Of a DNA stretch of 64,000 bases, positions 1-9,959 are shown one piece after another. This stretch comes from an uncultured virus (IMG/VR IMGVR_UViG_2061766007_001169). Its lineage: Duplodnaviria > Heunggongvirae > Uroviricota > Caudoviricetes. A model generated the notes under the pieces. It made no database searches, was not told the origin of the DNA, and saw nothing but the letters and a program-made list of their open reading frames with translations. The DNA lies in the IMG/VR virus record IMGVR_UViG_2061766007_001169; one strand, 5' to 3'. The translations under genes and the position numbers were made by a program. Position 1 is the stretch's first letter. Every line of letters begins with the position of its first letter.

Positions 1-141
1 CGGAGCGGAATTTCTACCCCTTAACGATGAACACCCCCGTGTGCATTTTTCCACACCCCTCATAACGATGCCGTATGCACCGTTACGGAGTATGGTATTC
101 GGTTTTATCGCTGCCTGTGCGTACATCGCATTCTCCTTGTG

Positions 142-840
142 AAACTGGAATTTATCCATTTAATGCTGATAAATCCGAACGTTCATATTTGTTGTGACCT
201 TTTAGCCCCTTTTTGTATTTCCAACATTTAATTGCGTCATCTAAAGTCTTTCCGACATTGTCCGCAAAGAAATCCCGAATATAGGTGTTATATTCAAATT
301 GCTTGTCGATAGATAATTTCCCTTTCTTTTTTTCAGCGATTATTTCATAGTACGCTGAAATAGCATCGCTATATGTTTTTCCAGAATTGTTTTTAAGCCA
401 TCTTTGGAATAACACATTAAACGAAAAAGAATCTCCTATCTCTTTTTTGAAAAATGCACGATGTTTTTCCGAGCATACAAAATCATCCTCGATAATGCTT
501 TCTCTTGTGAGTTCGGTAGTAATTGTTGACTTTCTTTTTACAGTTTTTGTTGTTGCTGGNNNNNNNNNNNNNNNNNNNNAAAATGATATTCTTTCTGTTA
601 ATTCAATTTTACCACCTGATACCGGCAATCCGTTTTCTCTGCAAAAATCAATTAATTCTTCTTTCAAATAATAGTATTCACGAAAAGTTTTAGAGTCAAT
701 ATCTCTGCTTAACTTAGGTCTTTCCAAAATAAATATCACCTCATAAATTTCGATTTATCACATAGCCCTATTCGACCTTTGCGCCGTAGGCGCATTGGGA
801 GAATCCTGCCAGCGGGGGCTCCCCCGCAAATCCCGATTTA
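142..840 (-). repeat. Three copies of a 13-bp near-palindromic motif TAAATYSVRDTTT at 142-154, 745-757 and 828-840
   Basis: Minus strand TAAATTCCAGTTT, TAAATCGAAATTT, TAAATCGGGATTT; two copies supply the TAA stop of the adjacent gene. Confidence 0.65.
152..727 (-). CDS. SAP-domain / DUF6434-like protein
   Basis: ORF 152-739; YYLKEELIDFCRENGLPVSGGKIELTERI is SAP-like; likely TTG start after GAGGTG; AT-rich; small N gap. Confidence 0.6.
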   Translation of the reverse strand: MERPKLSRDIDSKTFREYYYLKEELIDFCRENGLPVSGGKIELTERISFXXXXXXXPATTKTVKRKSTITTELTRESIIEDDFVCSEKHRAFFKKEIGDSFSFNVLFQRWLKNNSGKTYSDAISAYYEIIAEKKKGKLSIDKQFEYNTYIRDFFADNVGKTLDDAIKCWKYKKGLKGHNKYERSDLSALNG

Positions 841-1504
841 TAACTCGCACACCATGATATATTCTTCGGCATTTTCATCGACTGCCTTAAATCCGACATC
901 CTTGTACATCTTCACGGCGTAGTTTTCTTTCTGCACCGCCAGGGACGCTCGTTCGTACCCCTGCCATTTCAACAGTTCGAGCATCTTCACCATAAGCTGT
1001 GAGCCGATGCCCTGACCACGATATTCTTTGTATAGTGAAATGGCGAAGGACGGCGTCTCGTCATCCACATGACCGTAATCGTTCATGATCCTCGTCCAGA
1101 CCGCTCCGACCACCTTGCCGCCGAAATCTGCTACCAGGCAGTTATCACCCTTACGGGTACCGAACTCATCCGTATATACACGCAGTTCCGGCTTTTCGAT
1201 GATATCTCGTGCCGGCTGCTCCGCACCTTTCGGTATGAAGATTGCTTCATACAGGAAGNNNNNNNNNNCCCTTGCGGAGACTGCGGATTACATATTTCTT
1301 GTGCTTATCGCTCGTCATGTGGGAGATATGCTCATTGCACACCCTGCCCAGCATCTCAAGCACCTGTCTGCCGATCCGCTCCGGCTCGTTGTCATTGCCG
1401 CCGCATATTAGTTCCAGCGTATCCGGCGTCCAAATGTATCCGTGCGCCTTGTTATAGAGGTACTGCTGGAATTCCTCGTATTCTTTTTCTTTCAGTTGCT
1501 TCAT
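838..1504 (-). CDS. GNAT-family acetyltransferase with N-terminal extension (interrupted by N gap)
   Basis: ORFs 1247-1504 and 838-1113 join across the gap (..KYVIRSLRK / FLYEAIF..); acetyl-CoA motif YRGQGIG. Confidence 0.75.
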
Positions 1505-1526
1505 AGCAGCCCTCCGTCACAGCTGG

Positions 1527-2457
1527 TTATAAGTATTTCTTGAACGCCTTTTTCATTTTGAGCATGACATCAATAATCCAGTCGAACTGTGCGTTCCATT
1601 GATTCTTATCGCCGAAGGCTACGCTCTTTTCGATTACGATGCGGCTTGCCTTGCGTTCCGGCAATTCCCNNNNNNNNNNNNNNNNNNNNNNNNNNNNNNN
1701 NNNNNNNNNNNNNNNNNNNNTCGAAAAGCGAATGGAACAAGTCCTTATCCTCGCTGATGTATATTTCAACGACCAGTTCGTTCCGTTTCTGAATCTGCGA
1801 CACGGCGATATGGCAGGCAGAAGAACCTACGCTGAAGTTCATCCAATGATCCATAGACGGTTTCCGGCGATTGAAGTTCTTTGCGAACTGTGCGTTCTGG
1901 AAAGCGTAATCCTGGAACGCTACCCAATAGTCATACCTCTGCTGCTGAGTCTCGTTTGCAGACTCATTTTTCTTTACTTCCTTTGTCCAGTCGTTCGGTT
2001 TTTCAATGACCTCAAACTTCACGGCAGGCTCAGAAGTACCGATGCGATACAGTTTTATCTCACAGAGGAAGAATCCGATTTTCTCATCGGTATGGTTGTT
2101 CAGCCATTCGATAGCGGCTTTGTGTTCCTCACGAGCGTGTTTCACCACCCAAACGATAACATCCGCAGATTTGCCGGATGCATAGGTTATCAGCTTTCCG
2201 AGGTGATCGTGGTTGGTGTCCTCCAGCTGATTCTCGATGATGATTTTTCTGTCCGTACCCGTCTCGGACGCAAAGATATCGACATTGAAATCACCCACAG
2301 AGGACTCAGTCTCATCCACAGTAATATCAAGTCCTATGGCATCAGCGAGGAGAGCAATGTTATCGTCCTGTGAAAGCCACGGAGTAAAGTCCAAGGCTTC
2401 ATGCGGCCACACCGTCCGCAAATCCTTTATTTCTTCCAGTCTGCTCAAATTCACCAT
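1527..2457 (-). CDS. DUF4268-family protein with N-terminal restriction-endonuclease-like domain (N gap)
   Basis: VWPHEALDFTPWL..DIFA..IIIENQL..HDHLGKLITY; C-terminus resumes after the gap and ends at 1527. Confidence 0.7.
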
Positions 2458-2660
2458 TGCGTCATTCCTCCTCGCNNNNNNNNNNNNNNNNNNNNNNNNN
2501 NNNNNNNNNNNNNNNNNNNNNNNNNGATGGAATCGCCCTTTTTAATGAGCCGATTCACATACTGACCCGTTGTACCGACTTCCTCACCGAGTTTCGCCTG
2601 TGTCATATCAGCTTCGATGCATTTCACTTTGACATCGACTTCAAAATTGTTCTTGACCAT
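2451..2660 (-). CDS. XRE-type helix-turn-helix protein (3' part in gap)
   Basis: MTQAKLGEEVGTTGQYVNRLIKK HTH pattern. Confidence 0.65.
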   Translation of the reverse strand: MVKNNFEVDVKVKCIEADMTQAKLGEEVGTTGQYVNRLIKKGDSIXXXXXXXXXXXXXXXXXRGGMTQW

Positions 2661-2764
2661 ATTTCAATACCTCTGTTGTTTCTTGCGTCATTTTTGTTGG
2701 ATTATTGCACTCACAGTGTTACTTATTATATCACGGAATTATGAAATTTTCTACCCCCTTAACG

Positions 2765-2797
2765 AAAAAAAGACACCCGACCGCAGCTGAGTGCCAA
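2765..2797 (-). terminator. Intrinsic terminator after the recombinase genes
   Basis: Minus strand GGCACTCAGCTGCGGTCGGGTGTC hairpin followed by T7. Confidence 0.6.
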
Positions 2798-2814
2798 TTC
2801 TATCCGTGTATCTG

Positions 2815-4536
2815 TTATGCCAGTATCTCCGTACCGTCCCGGAAGGTGACCGTGATTGCCTTGTCCCTGCCCACCGTGATGAACTCGACCATGCCACCCC
2901 AAAGGCTACCGTCAAACTCGCTGATGGTACCGTCCTGGGCTTTCAGCACCTTGATGAAGTCCGACAGCCGTTCGCTCTGCGCTTCCTTGGCGGAGATGGC
3001 GGCCACCACCTCATCGTACCGAGCCTTGGCTTCATCGTAACGCTTGACAAGCCCATCGTAGCGTTTCTGGTACTCATCCTGGTCCTGTGCAACGCGGGCA
3101 TTCTCCGCCACGATGTTTTGCGTCATTTCCACAAGCACCGCCATTTCTTCCTCCAGCTTGCCTTTCTCTTCCTGCAGAGCATCGGTGACGCAGAGCGTTT
3201 TGCGGATGATCTCCGCATTGAAGATGATTTCTTTTTTCTCCGTGACCAGTTGGTTGTACGCCGATACGAACGCCGCCTTGACTTCTTCCTCCGTCACATG
3301 GGGAGTCTCGCATTTCTCGCCGTTGTACTTACGGTTGCAGCGGTAAATGACCCTGCGGTAGCGGTCTGTGGAATGCCAGACCTTCGAGCCGTACCACCCG
3401 CCGCANNNNNNNNNNCGCCATGCGCTTGCGCTGTCCCCAGGTGACGTTCTCAGAAATGGATCGGCTCTCTTCCTGTGCAAGGCTCGACATGATGGTGATG
3501 AGCAGCTCGCCCTTGGANNNNNNNNNNTGCCTCGTGGTTTCCCTCCACATAGTATTGCGGAACCTCGCCCTCATTCTTCTTCATCTTTTTCTGCAGGAAG
3601 TCTACCGTGAACTCCTTCTGCAAAAGGGCATCGCCTTTGTACTTCTCGTTCGAGAGCATACGGCGCACAGTTTGTTGATTCCACACATCCTTGCCCGCAG
3701 GCGTCTTGATGCCCCGGCTCGTCAGTTCGGCGGCTATGGAATGCGGCGTCATGCCCTCAAGGAACAGATGGAAAATGAGCCGCACCGTTTCTGCCTGTTC
3801 GGGATTAACCACGATCTTGCCCGTCTCTTTATCCTTGTCCAGTCCAAGGAAGCGACTGTAGGCAAAGCTGACCTTGCCGTCTGCCATGCGCTTGCGTTGC
3901 CCCCAGGTGACATTCTCGGAAATGGATCGGCTTTCTTCCTGTGCAAGGCTCGACATGATGGTGATGAGCAGCTCGCCCTTGGAATCCAGCGTCCATATGT
4001 TTTCCTTCTCGAAATAAATCTCGATGCCCTCGTCCTTCAGCTTCCGCACCGTGGTAAGGCTGTCCACCGTGTTCCTTGCAAAACGGCTCACGCTCTTGGT
4101 GACGATGAGGTCGATCTTCCCGGCAAGGGCATCCGCGATCATCGCCTTGAAGCCCTCTCGCTTTTTGGTGTTGGTTGCCGAGATTCCTTCGTCCGTGTAT
4201 ATGGCAACGAACTCCCAATCGTCCCGGCTNNNNNNNNNNAAGGTCGATCTTCCCGGCAAGGGCATCCGCGATCATCGCTTTGAATCCCTCGCGCTTTTTG
4301 GTGTTCGTTGCGGAGATTCCTTCGTCCGTGTATATGGCAACGAACTCCCAATCGTCCCGGCTCTTGATGTAACTGGTGTAGTAATCGACCTGCGCCTCGT
4401 AGCTCGTGGCCTGGTCTTCATGGTCGGTCGAAACGCGGGCATATCCGGCAACGCGGCGTTTCTTCGTGCTGTTTATCGGCGTGGCCGTGTACCGGCTGAT
4501 GGTAGCCGGTATCGCCGTTACTTTTCTTTGCGCCAT
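2815..4536 (-). CDS. Large serine recombinase 2 (split by N gaps, with redundant fragments)
   Basis: VAGYARVST catalytic motif, TKSVSRFARN, recombinase domain LSNEKYKG, Zn-ribbon and coiled-coil C-terminus. Confidence 0.9.
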
Positions 4537-6293
4537 GCTTTCCCACGCTCCTTCCGTAATTGTTTCATGTGTTCGCTCATCTGCTGCCGCAACTCCGGCG
4601 TGTACCTTCCCTTGACGGATTCCTTGAACTTGGCTCTCTGCTCATCCGTCCAAGGTCTGCCGATCCGTTTCGGCTGCTCCCATGTGCGGCTGACCGTCCT
4701 TCCGTCCTTGAAATGGAAAACCACCTCCGCAGCGGAAAGCACATCGATGTGGTCGATCTGCCTGTCGAACTCTCCATCGTCAAACTCGGCAATTCCGAGC
4801 GTCCGTGCGATGAATGGCTTCAGCAAATCCTCCCGCAAGCCGACCGTTCCACATTCGTTCCGCTCGGCGCACCGCCAGTAGTAGGCTTTACCGCTCTCCG
4901 ATGTGGCTGACGGCTGTGAAGCCCTGCGAAAATTGCAGCCGCAGTGTACGCACTTGATCTTGCCCGTCATAACCGAGGAGCCTTTGCAGTTTGGTTTCTT
5001 CCTGCGTTTTTCGGAGGTCTTCGCTCTGTACTCAGCTGTCCAGCAATCCCGGTGACCCGTGTTCGGACAGTCCTTCGTGACAATGCCGCCGTCCTTCAGA
5101 TGGAACTCAAGAACATACCGCTCCGGCACATTGATGAAGTCCACCTTGTCGCTGAACGCATCCTCATCGAACTCATCCAGTCCAAGAACCTCGGCACAAG
5201 CCTTTTTCAGATTCTCGTGATTGATGCTGCCGCCGACAGGACACCTGCCACCTTTTTTCTTCCGTGAGCCGCAAGCCCAATACTCCATGAAACCTCTGTC
5301 CGTACGCTTGTTGTGGGCATAGCTGATTCCGCAGAACGGGCATTTCAGCTTTCCCGAAAAACAGGTGAGGTTCAGGCTCTTGTTCGCCCTCGGTCCCAGT
5401 TCTTTTCGCCGTGCAATCTCCGACTGTACATAGTCGAAGGTTTCCTTGTCGATGATGGCGGGATGCGTGTCCTCCACATAGTATTGCGGAAGCTGTCCCT
5501 TGTTCTTTTTCCGCTGCTTTGAAATGGGATCGGAAATAAACTCTTTCTGCAGGAGAAGGTTTCCCGTGTAGGTCACGTTCGTAAGAACCACCTTGATGTT
5601 GGAATCCACCCATCGGCAGCCCTCCCTTGTTGTGATACCCTCGGCGGCGAACTCCCGCTCCGTTTCCAGCCTTGACTTTCCGTCCAGGAAGTTCTGAAAA
5701 ATGCGTCTCACGATTTCCGCTTCCTCCGGCACGATGATCAGGTCATCGCCCTCCCAGCGGTATCCGTACACCCGGAAGTGTCCGTTCGGTATTCCTTTCT
5801 CGAACCGCTTTCTGATACCCCACTTGCAGTTCTCCGAAAGGCTGCGGCTTTCTTCCTGTGCGAAGGACGCAAGGATGGTCAGCATCAACTCGCCGTCACC
5901 GCTCATGGAATTGATGTGTTCTTTCTCGAACCGCACCTCCACGCCGATATCCTTCAAGTGCCGCACCGTCTCCAGCAGGTCCACCGTGTTCCTGGCGAAC
6001 CGTTGGATTGATTTCGTAAGGATGATGTCGATCTCGCCGTTGTCGGCGGCTTCGATCATACGCTTGAATTCATCGCGCTTGGTTATGCCAGTGCCGCTGA
6101 TCCCATCGTCCGCGAACACGCCTGCGTACTGCCAGTCAGGATTCTTTTGTATCAGGGAACTGTAGTAGCTGATCTGTGCGGAGAGGGAATGGTTCATGCG
6201 TTCCGATTCCATCGAGATGCGAGCATAGGCAGCGACTTTTTTCTTCGTTTTTATGGTCGGCACTGCCTGTTCGACCCTTGTGATTTTTGCCAT
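4518..6293 (-). CDS. Large serine recombinase 1
   Basis: VAAYARIS, TKSIQRFARN, LTNVTYTG, two Zn-ribbon repeats (CPFCG..C..C, CVHCG..C..C); AGGAG RBS. Confidence 0.92.
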   Translation of the reverse strand: MAKITRVEQAVPTIKTKKKVAAYARISMESERMNHSLSAQISYYSSLIQKNPDWQYAGVFADDGISGTGITKRDEFKRMIEAADNGEIDIILTKSIQRFARNTVDLLETVRHLKDIGVEVRFEKEHINSMSGDGELMLTILASFAQEESRSLSENCKWGIRKRFEKGIPNGHFRVYGYRWEGDDLIIVPEEAEIVRRIFQNFLDGKSRLETEREFAAEGITTREGCRWVDSNIKVVLTNVTYTGNLLLQKEFISDPISKQRKKNKGQLPQYYVEDTHPAIIDKETFDYVQSEIARRKELGPRANKSLNLTCFSGKLKCPFCGISYAHNKRTDRGFMEYWACGSRKKKGGRCPVGGSINHENLKKACAEVLGLDEFDEDAFSDKVDFINVPERYVLEFHLKDGGIVTKDCPNTGHRDCWTAEYRAKTSEKRRKKPNCKGSSVMTGKIKCVHCGCNFRRASQPSATSESGKAYYWRCAERNECGTVGLREDLLKPFIARTLGIAEFDDGEFDRQIDHIDVLSAAEVVFHFKDGRTVSRTWEQPKRIGRPWTDEQRAKFKESVKGRYTPELRQQMSEHMKQLRKERGKAWRKEK

Positions 6294-6312
6294 GAAATCA
6301 CTCCTTTCCGAC

Positions 6313-6345
6313 ACTATACATCACTCTTTACGCCCTGGAAGTCAA
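6313..6345 (-). promoter_or_regulatory. Promoter-like motif copy (TTGACT-N12-AGAGTGATGTAT)
   Basis: Same spacing as five other copies; directly upstream of the recombinase RBS. Confidence 0.6.
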
Positions 6346-6513
6346 CGATATATCCGAGAATAATGTGCCGAAAACAGGCTTATATTTCTCAAGGAAAATT
6401 GTATCAATCTGACGATACTCCCCCTCGGAAATAATGCCTTCTTCGAGCATCTTCCTGGCAAGGTGCATGGTGGTCTGATAGAGCTTTTCGTTGCGGAAGT
6501 CTTCTTTACTCAT
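6328..6513 (-). CDS. Small SHOCT-like protein of the recombinase module
   Basis: MLEEGIISEGEY pattern; GGTGG RBS; overlaps upstream gene. Confidence 0.65.
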   Translation of the reverse strand: MSKEDFRNEKLYQTTMHLARKMLEEGIISEGEYRQIDTIFLEKYKPVFGTLFSDISLTSRA

Positions 6514-6931
6514 CGCCGTCACCACCTTTGAAACGGTCGGCGATGTAGCATTCATGGCTACAATACTTCCTGCGCCTGTCCCCGTAAATGTGGAACTCCT
6601 TACCGCAGTGCGGGCATCTGAAATCGTATACCGCCTTACGCTTCACCTGGTCGAGATGGCTGTTCCACCACTCGTTACGGCACTTGTCGCAGCAGAAGCG
6701 TTTTTTCTTCTGCTTGGCGATCTGCTGAATCTCCCGACCGCAATTCTCACAGGCTGTTGTTTCGCCGGTGAGCGTTACGGAAGGCTCGATTGCAGTGTTC
6801 CCGTTGATGTCGTTCCTGCGGCAGAAAGACTTTACTGTGTTCAGCGATATGCCAAGCGTCTGGGCAATCTTGCCGTAGCCGTTGCCTGCGGCGCGGAGTT
6901 TGATGATCTGCGATTTTTGATTGTCAGTCAT
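6506..6931 (-). CDS. HTH (sigma-70 region 4-like) plus Cys-rich Zn-finger protein
   Basis: GYGKIAQTLGISLNTVKSFCRR; CENCG, CCDKC, CPHCG, CSHEC. Confidence 0.75.
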   Translation of the reverse strand: MTDNQKSQIIKLRAAGNGYGKIAQTLGISLNTVKSFCRRNDINGNTAIEPSVTLTGETTACENCGREIQQIAKQKKKRFCCDKCRNEWWNSHLDQVKRKAVYDFRCPHCGKEFHIYGDRRRKYCSHECYIADRFKGGDGDE

Positions 6932-7016
6932 AATCCTTCGGCTCCTTCCGAGGGATGCGTCTTGTGGTATCTCCCTCACTCACTACCGAAAAATTCAACC
7001 CCCACCGTTACGGCAT

Positions 7017-7060
7017 AAAAAAAGCGGCCTGCAGGCTCTCCGAAGAGACACCCACAGGCC
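7017..7060 (-). terminator. Intrinsic terminator
   Basis: GGCCTG..CAGGCC hairpin followed by T7 on the minus strand. Confidence 0.6.
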
Positions 7061-7064
7061 ATAC

Positions 7065-7224
7065 CTGTTCCGAAAAAACCTTCATTTTCAACCATTGGAA
7101 CACGAGGAACACGAAAAATCCTATTACAACATAAATTTCGTGAACGAAAATAGGGTATATAAAAAATGTGTATTATATACAGAGAGATAGGAATTTGCTG
7201 TTCCTACGTGTTCTCGTGTTCCGA
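7065..7224 (-). repeat. Origin-like element, copy 1 (GAACAC iterons / AT-rich core / inverted iterons)
   Basis: Reverse complement aligns along its length with 41771-41932. Confidence 0.7.
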
Positions 7225-7241
7225 TTAAATTCTGTCGATAA

Positions 7242-7469
7242 TCATAGCAATCTTTCCACATCTTTTGTCTTCAGCACTTTTCCGGCAGAAATGATTTTGT
7301 TATCAATCATAAGAGCAGGCATGCTCATCACTCCATATCCCATGATTTTCTCCATGTCGGTGATATACTCTACTTCGGCATCAATGCCTTTTTTCTCAAC
7401 CGCTTCTTTTGTCGCTTTAAGGAGTGCTTCGCAACTCCTACATCCTCCGCCTAATACTTTGATGTTCAT
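7242..7469 (-). CDS. Small redox-active disulfide (thioredoxin-like) protein
   Basis: IKVLGGGCRSC, YGVMSMPALMID. Confidence 0.85.
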   Translation of the reverse strand: MNIKVLGGGCRSCEALLKATKEAVEKKGIDAEVEYITDMEKIMGYGVMSMPALMIDNKIISAGKVLKTKDVERLL

Positions 7470-7483
7470 TTCGAGATCCTCCT

Positions 7484-8482
7484 TCAGATAAATAAACTTT
7501 GAAACACATTAAAGCCGTATCCGACAATGATGATGCCCACTGTGCAGATGACTATAAATGTCGTTAAGAGTTTTGGCTTGATTGCCTTTTTCAGCATAAT
7601 GAGAGACGGAAGGCTGAGAGTTGTAACCGCCATCATAAAGCTGAGAATTGTACCGAGTAACGCACCCTTTGCCAAAAGAGCCTCGGCAATCGGAATCGTG
7701 CCGAATATGTCTGCGTACATTGGTATGCCGACAAGCGTGGCAAGTATCACACCGAACGGATTATTGCTGCCGAGAACGGTCTCCACCCAACCTTCGGGAA
7801 TCCAGTTATGAATAACTGCTCCAATAGCCACGCCGACAAGGATATAAGGGAACACTTTCTTAAAGGTGGATGCAACCTGATCTCTGGAATAAATCAGCCG
7901 GTCTTTGACAGTAAGATTCGGAGACTCAATATCCACCTTGCTGTTGTTATTGCGGATAAAATCAGCAATCTGGTCTTCCATGTGCAGGCGTTCTATCAAC
8001 GTCCCGCCAAGGACGGCGATGGCAAGCCCCAGCACCACGTAAGCCACGGCAATCTTCACGCCGAAGATACTGACAAGAAGGACAAGGCTTCCCAAGTCCA
8101 CCATCGGCGATGAGATCAAAAACGAAAATGTCACACCAAGCGGAAGCCCTGCACTTGTAAAGCCCATAAAAATCGGAATGGACGAGCAGGAACAGAATGG
8201 CGTTACCGTCCCAAGCAAGGCACCGATAATATTAGCTCCGATCCCGTGGAATCTTCCCATGATCTTCCGACTGCGCTCCGGAGGGAAGAAGCTCTGGATA
8301 TAGGAAATCAGGAAGATTAACACACAAAGCAATACTGTTATTTTAATTGTGTCATAGATGAAGAACTGTATGCTGCCGCCGACCCGACTATTCACATCGA
8401 GTCCGACCATGAGCAGCAATTTCCCAATTATGGTATTCAGCCACTTCATCCCAAGTATTTGATCCTGAATAAAAGTCCACAT
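7484..8482 (-). CDS. ArsP/DUF318-family permease
   Basis: TPFCSCSSIP motif, multiple hydrophobic segments, ars operon context. Confidence 0.85.
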   Translation of the reverse strand: MWTFIQDQILGMKWLNTIIGKLLLMVGLDVNSRVGGSIQFFIYDTIKITVLLCVLIFLISYIQSFFPPERSRKIMGRFHGIGANIIGALLGTVTPFCSCSSIPIFMGFTSAGLPLGVTFSFLISSPMVDLGSLVLLVSIFGVKIAVAYVVLGLAIAVLGGTLIERLHMEDQIADFIRNNNSKVDIESPNLTVKDRLIYSRDQVASTFKKVFPYILVGVAIGAVIHNWIPEGWVETVLGSNNPFGVILATLVGIPMYADIFGTIPIAEALLAKGALLGTILSFMMAVTTLSLPSLIMLKKAIKPKLLTTFIVICTVGIIIVGYGFNVFQSLFI

Positions 8483-9522
8483 TACGCAAACCTCGCTTTC
8501 GTTTTATTGGCTATTCGTACAAGCATCAGCATGACCGGAACCTCCGTCAGAACGCCTACAGTGGTAGCGAGCGCTGCAGGGCTTGTTGTTCCGAAAAGCG
8601 CAATAGCCACAGCCACCGCGAGTTCAAAGAAATTCGATGCTCCGATCATCCCGGCGGGAGCCGCAATATCATGCGGTAATTTCAGCAGCTTGCTTGCCCC
8701 ATAAGTGATAAAGAAAATCAAAAAAGTCTGAATGGTTAGCGGCACCGCTATCAGAACAATATGAAGCGGATTGGACAAAATCACCTCTGCCTGTGAACTG
8801 AAGATAATAACCAGCGTCAACAGCAGACCTATCGTTGTGGCATTGTCGAACTTGTGGATAAACGCGCTCTCAAAGTAATCCGCGCCTCTTTGCTTCGTGA
8901 CTGTTATCCTCGTGAGGATGCCGCCCACAAGCGGAATCACTACAAACAGAAAGATGCTGACGAACAGGGTGCTATAGGGAACAGCCACATTGGAAACGCC
9001 TAAAAGGAATTTTACGATCGGAACAAAAGCCACAAGGATGATGAGGTCATTTGTTGCCACCTGTACGACCGTATAAGCAGGATTTCCTTTTGTAAGCGTA
9101 CTCCACACAAACACCATCGCCGTACACGGAGCAGCTCCTAAAAGCACAGCTCCGGCAAGGTACTCCGTTGCCAATCCCGGAGATATGAAGGTCTTGAATA
9201 CGACAAACAGAAAAAGATAAGCAATTCCATACATGGTGAACGGCTTGATCAGCCAGTTCGTAACCCATGTGACCAGAAGTCCCTTCGGATTCTTTCCAAT
9301 CTGTTTTATGCTCTGAAAATCCACTTTCATCATCATAGGGTAGATCATGACCCAGATGAGAACAGCGATAGGAATCGAAATTCCGGAAATCTGAAATTGA
9401 CCGAGCGTATCAGGAATAGCCGGGATAAAATGCCCAATCAGTACTCCTATGGCCATGCAGAGCAGTACCCACACAGAAAGATAACGCTGAAATGTATTTA
9501 TGCCTTTGCTTTGATTGCTCAT
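8482..9522 (-). CDS. acr3: ACR3-family arsenite efflux transporter
   Basis: MIYPMM, APCTAMVFVWS, GASNFFELAVAVAI, GVLTEVPVM; GGAGG RBS. Confidence 0.93.
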   Translation of the reverse strand: MSNQSKGINTFQRYLSVWVLLCMAIGVLIGHFIPAIPDTLGQFQISGISIPIAVLIWVMIYPMMMKVDFQSIKQIGKNPKGLLVTWVTNWLIKPFTMYGIAYLFLFVVFKTFISPGLATEYLAGAVLLGAAPCTAMVFVWSTLTKGNPAYTVVQVATNDLIILVAFVPIVKFLLGVSNVAVPYSTLFVSIFLFVVIPLVGGILTRITVTKQRGADYFESAFIHKFDNATTIGLLLTLVIIFSSQAEVILSNPLHIVLIAVPLTIQTFLIFFITYGASKLLKLPHDIAAPAGMIGASNFFELAVAVAIALFGTTSPAALATTVGVLTEVPVMLMLVRIANKTKARFA

Positions 9523-9545
9523 GACTTCGCCTCCGTTAGTTTGAT

Positions 9546-9565
9546 ACATTGAAATATATCTATGT
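9546..9565. promoter_or_regulatory. Candidate ArsR operator upstream of acr3
   Basis: Imperfect palindrome ACATTGAAATATATCTATGT (16/20 self-complementary). Confidence 0.5.
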
Positions 9566-9620
9566 TTATAGCCTTTATATAGGCAATCCCAAAGGACTGC
9601 CTATAAATGATAGATATTGA

Positions 9621-9941
9621 TTATTTCTTATCCTTACATCCGCAGGATACGCTCTCGTCTGTTTCACAGTCGCATCTTGCATAGGAACCGATCATTTCTC
9701 GGAATTCTTGCACGCCTTTAGCGGAGATGGAGTAATGCATCCATTTTCCCTCTTTGTAGTAATCAACAAGACCACTGTCTGCAAGAATTTTCATGTGATG
9801 CGAAAGAGTCGGCTGCGTGATATTCAGTTCCTCCAGCAGATCACATCCACACTTCTCCCCATGCTGGAGTGCAAGCATGATCGCAAGGCGGTTCTCATCC
9901 GTGAGCGCCTTTATTTTTTTGACATCTTCTCTGAATCCCAT
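9621..9941 (-). CDS. arsR: ArsR/SmtB-family repressor
   Basis: KALTDENRL..GEKCGCDL..QPTLSHHMKIL..GKWMHYS; Cys-rich tail; GGAGGTG RBS. Confidence 0.9.
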   Translation of the reverse strand: MGFREDVKKIKALTDENRLAIMLALQHGEKCGCDLLEELNITQPTLSHHMKILADSGLVDYYKEGKWMHYSISAKGVQEFREMIGSYARCDCETDESVSCGCKDKK

Positions 9942-9959
9942 GACTTTCACCTCCGAGAG

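Noticed and set aside
1..125. Short minus-strand ORF (AGGAG..ATG TAC GCA) running off the window
   Set aside because: About 41 codons, no recognisable motif, overlaps att-like repeats; cannot be supported
2815..4536. Frameshifted recombinase, terL B, ClpP B and amidoligase as pseudogenes
   Set aside because: All breaks coincide with N gaps and the missing parts are found as neighbouring fragments
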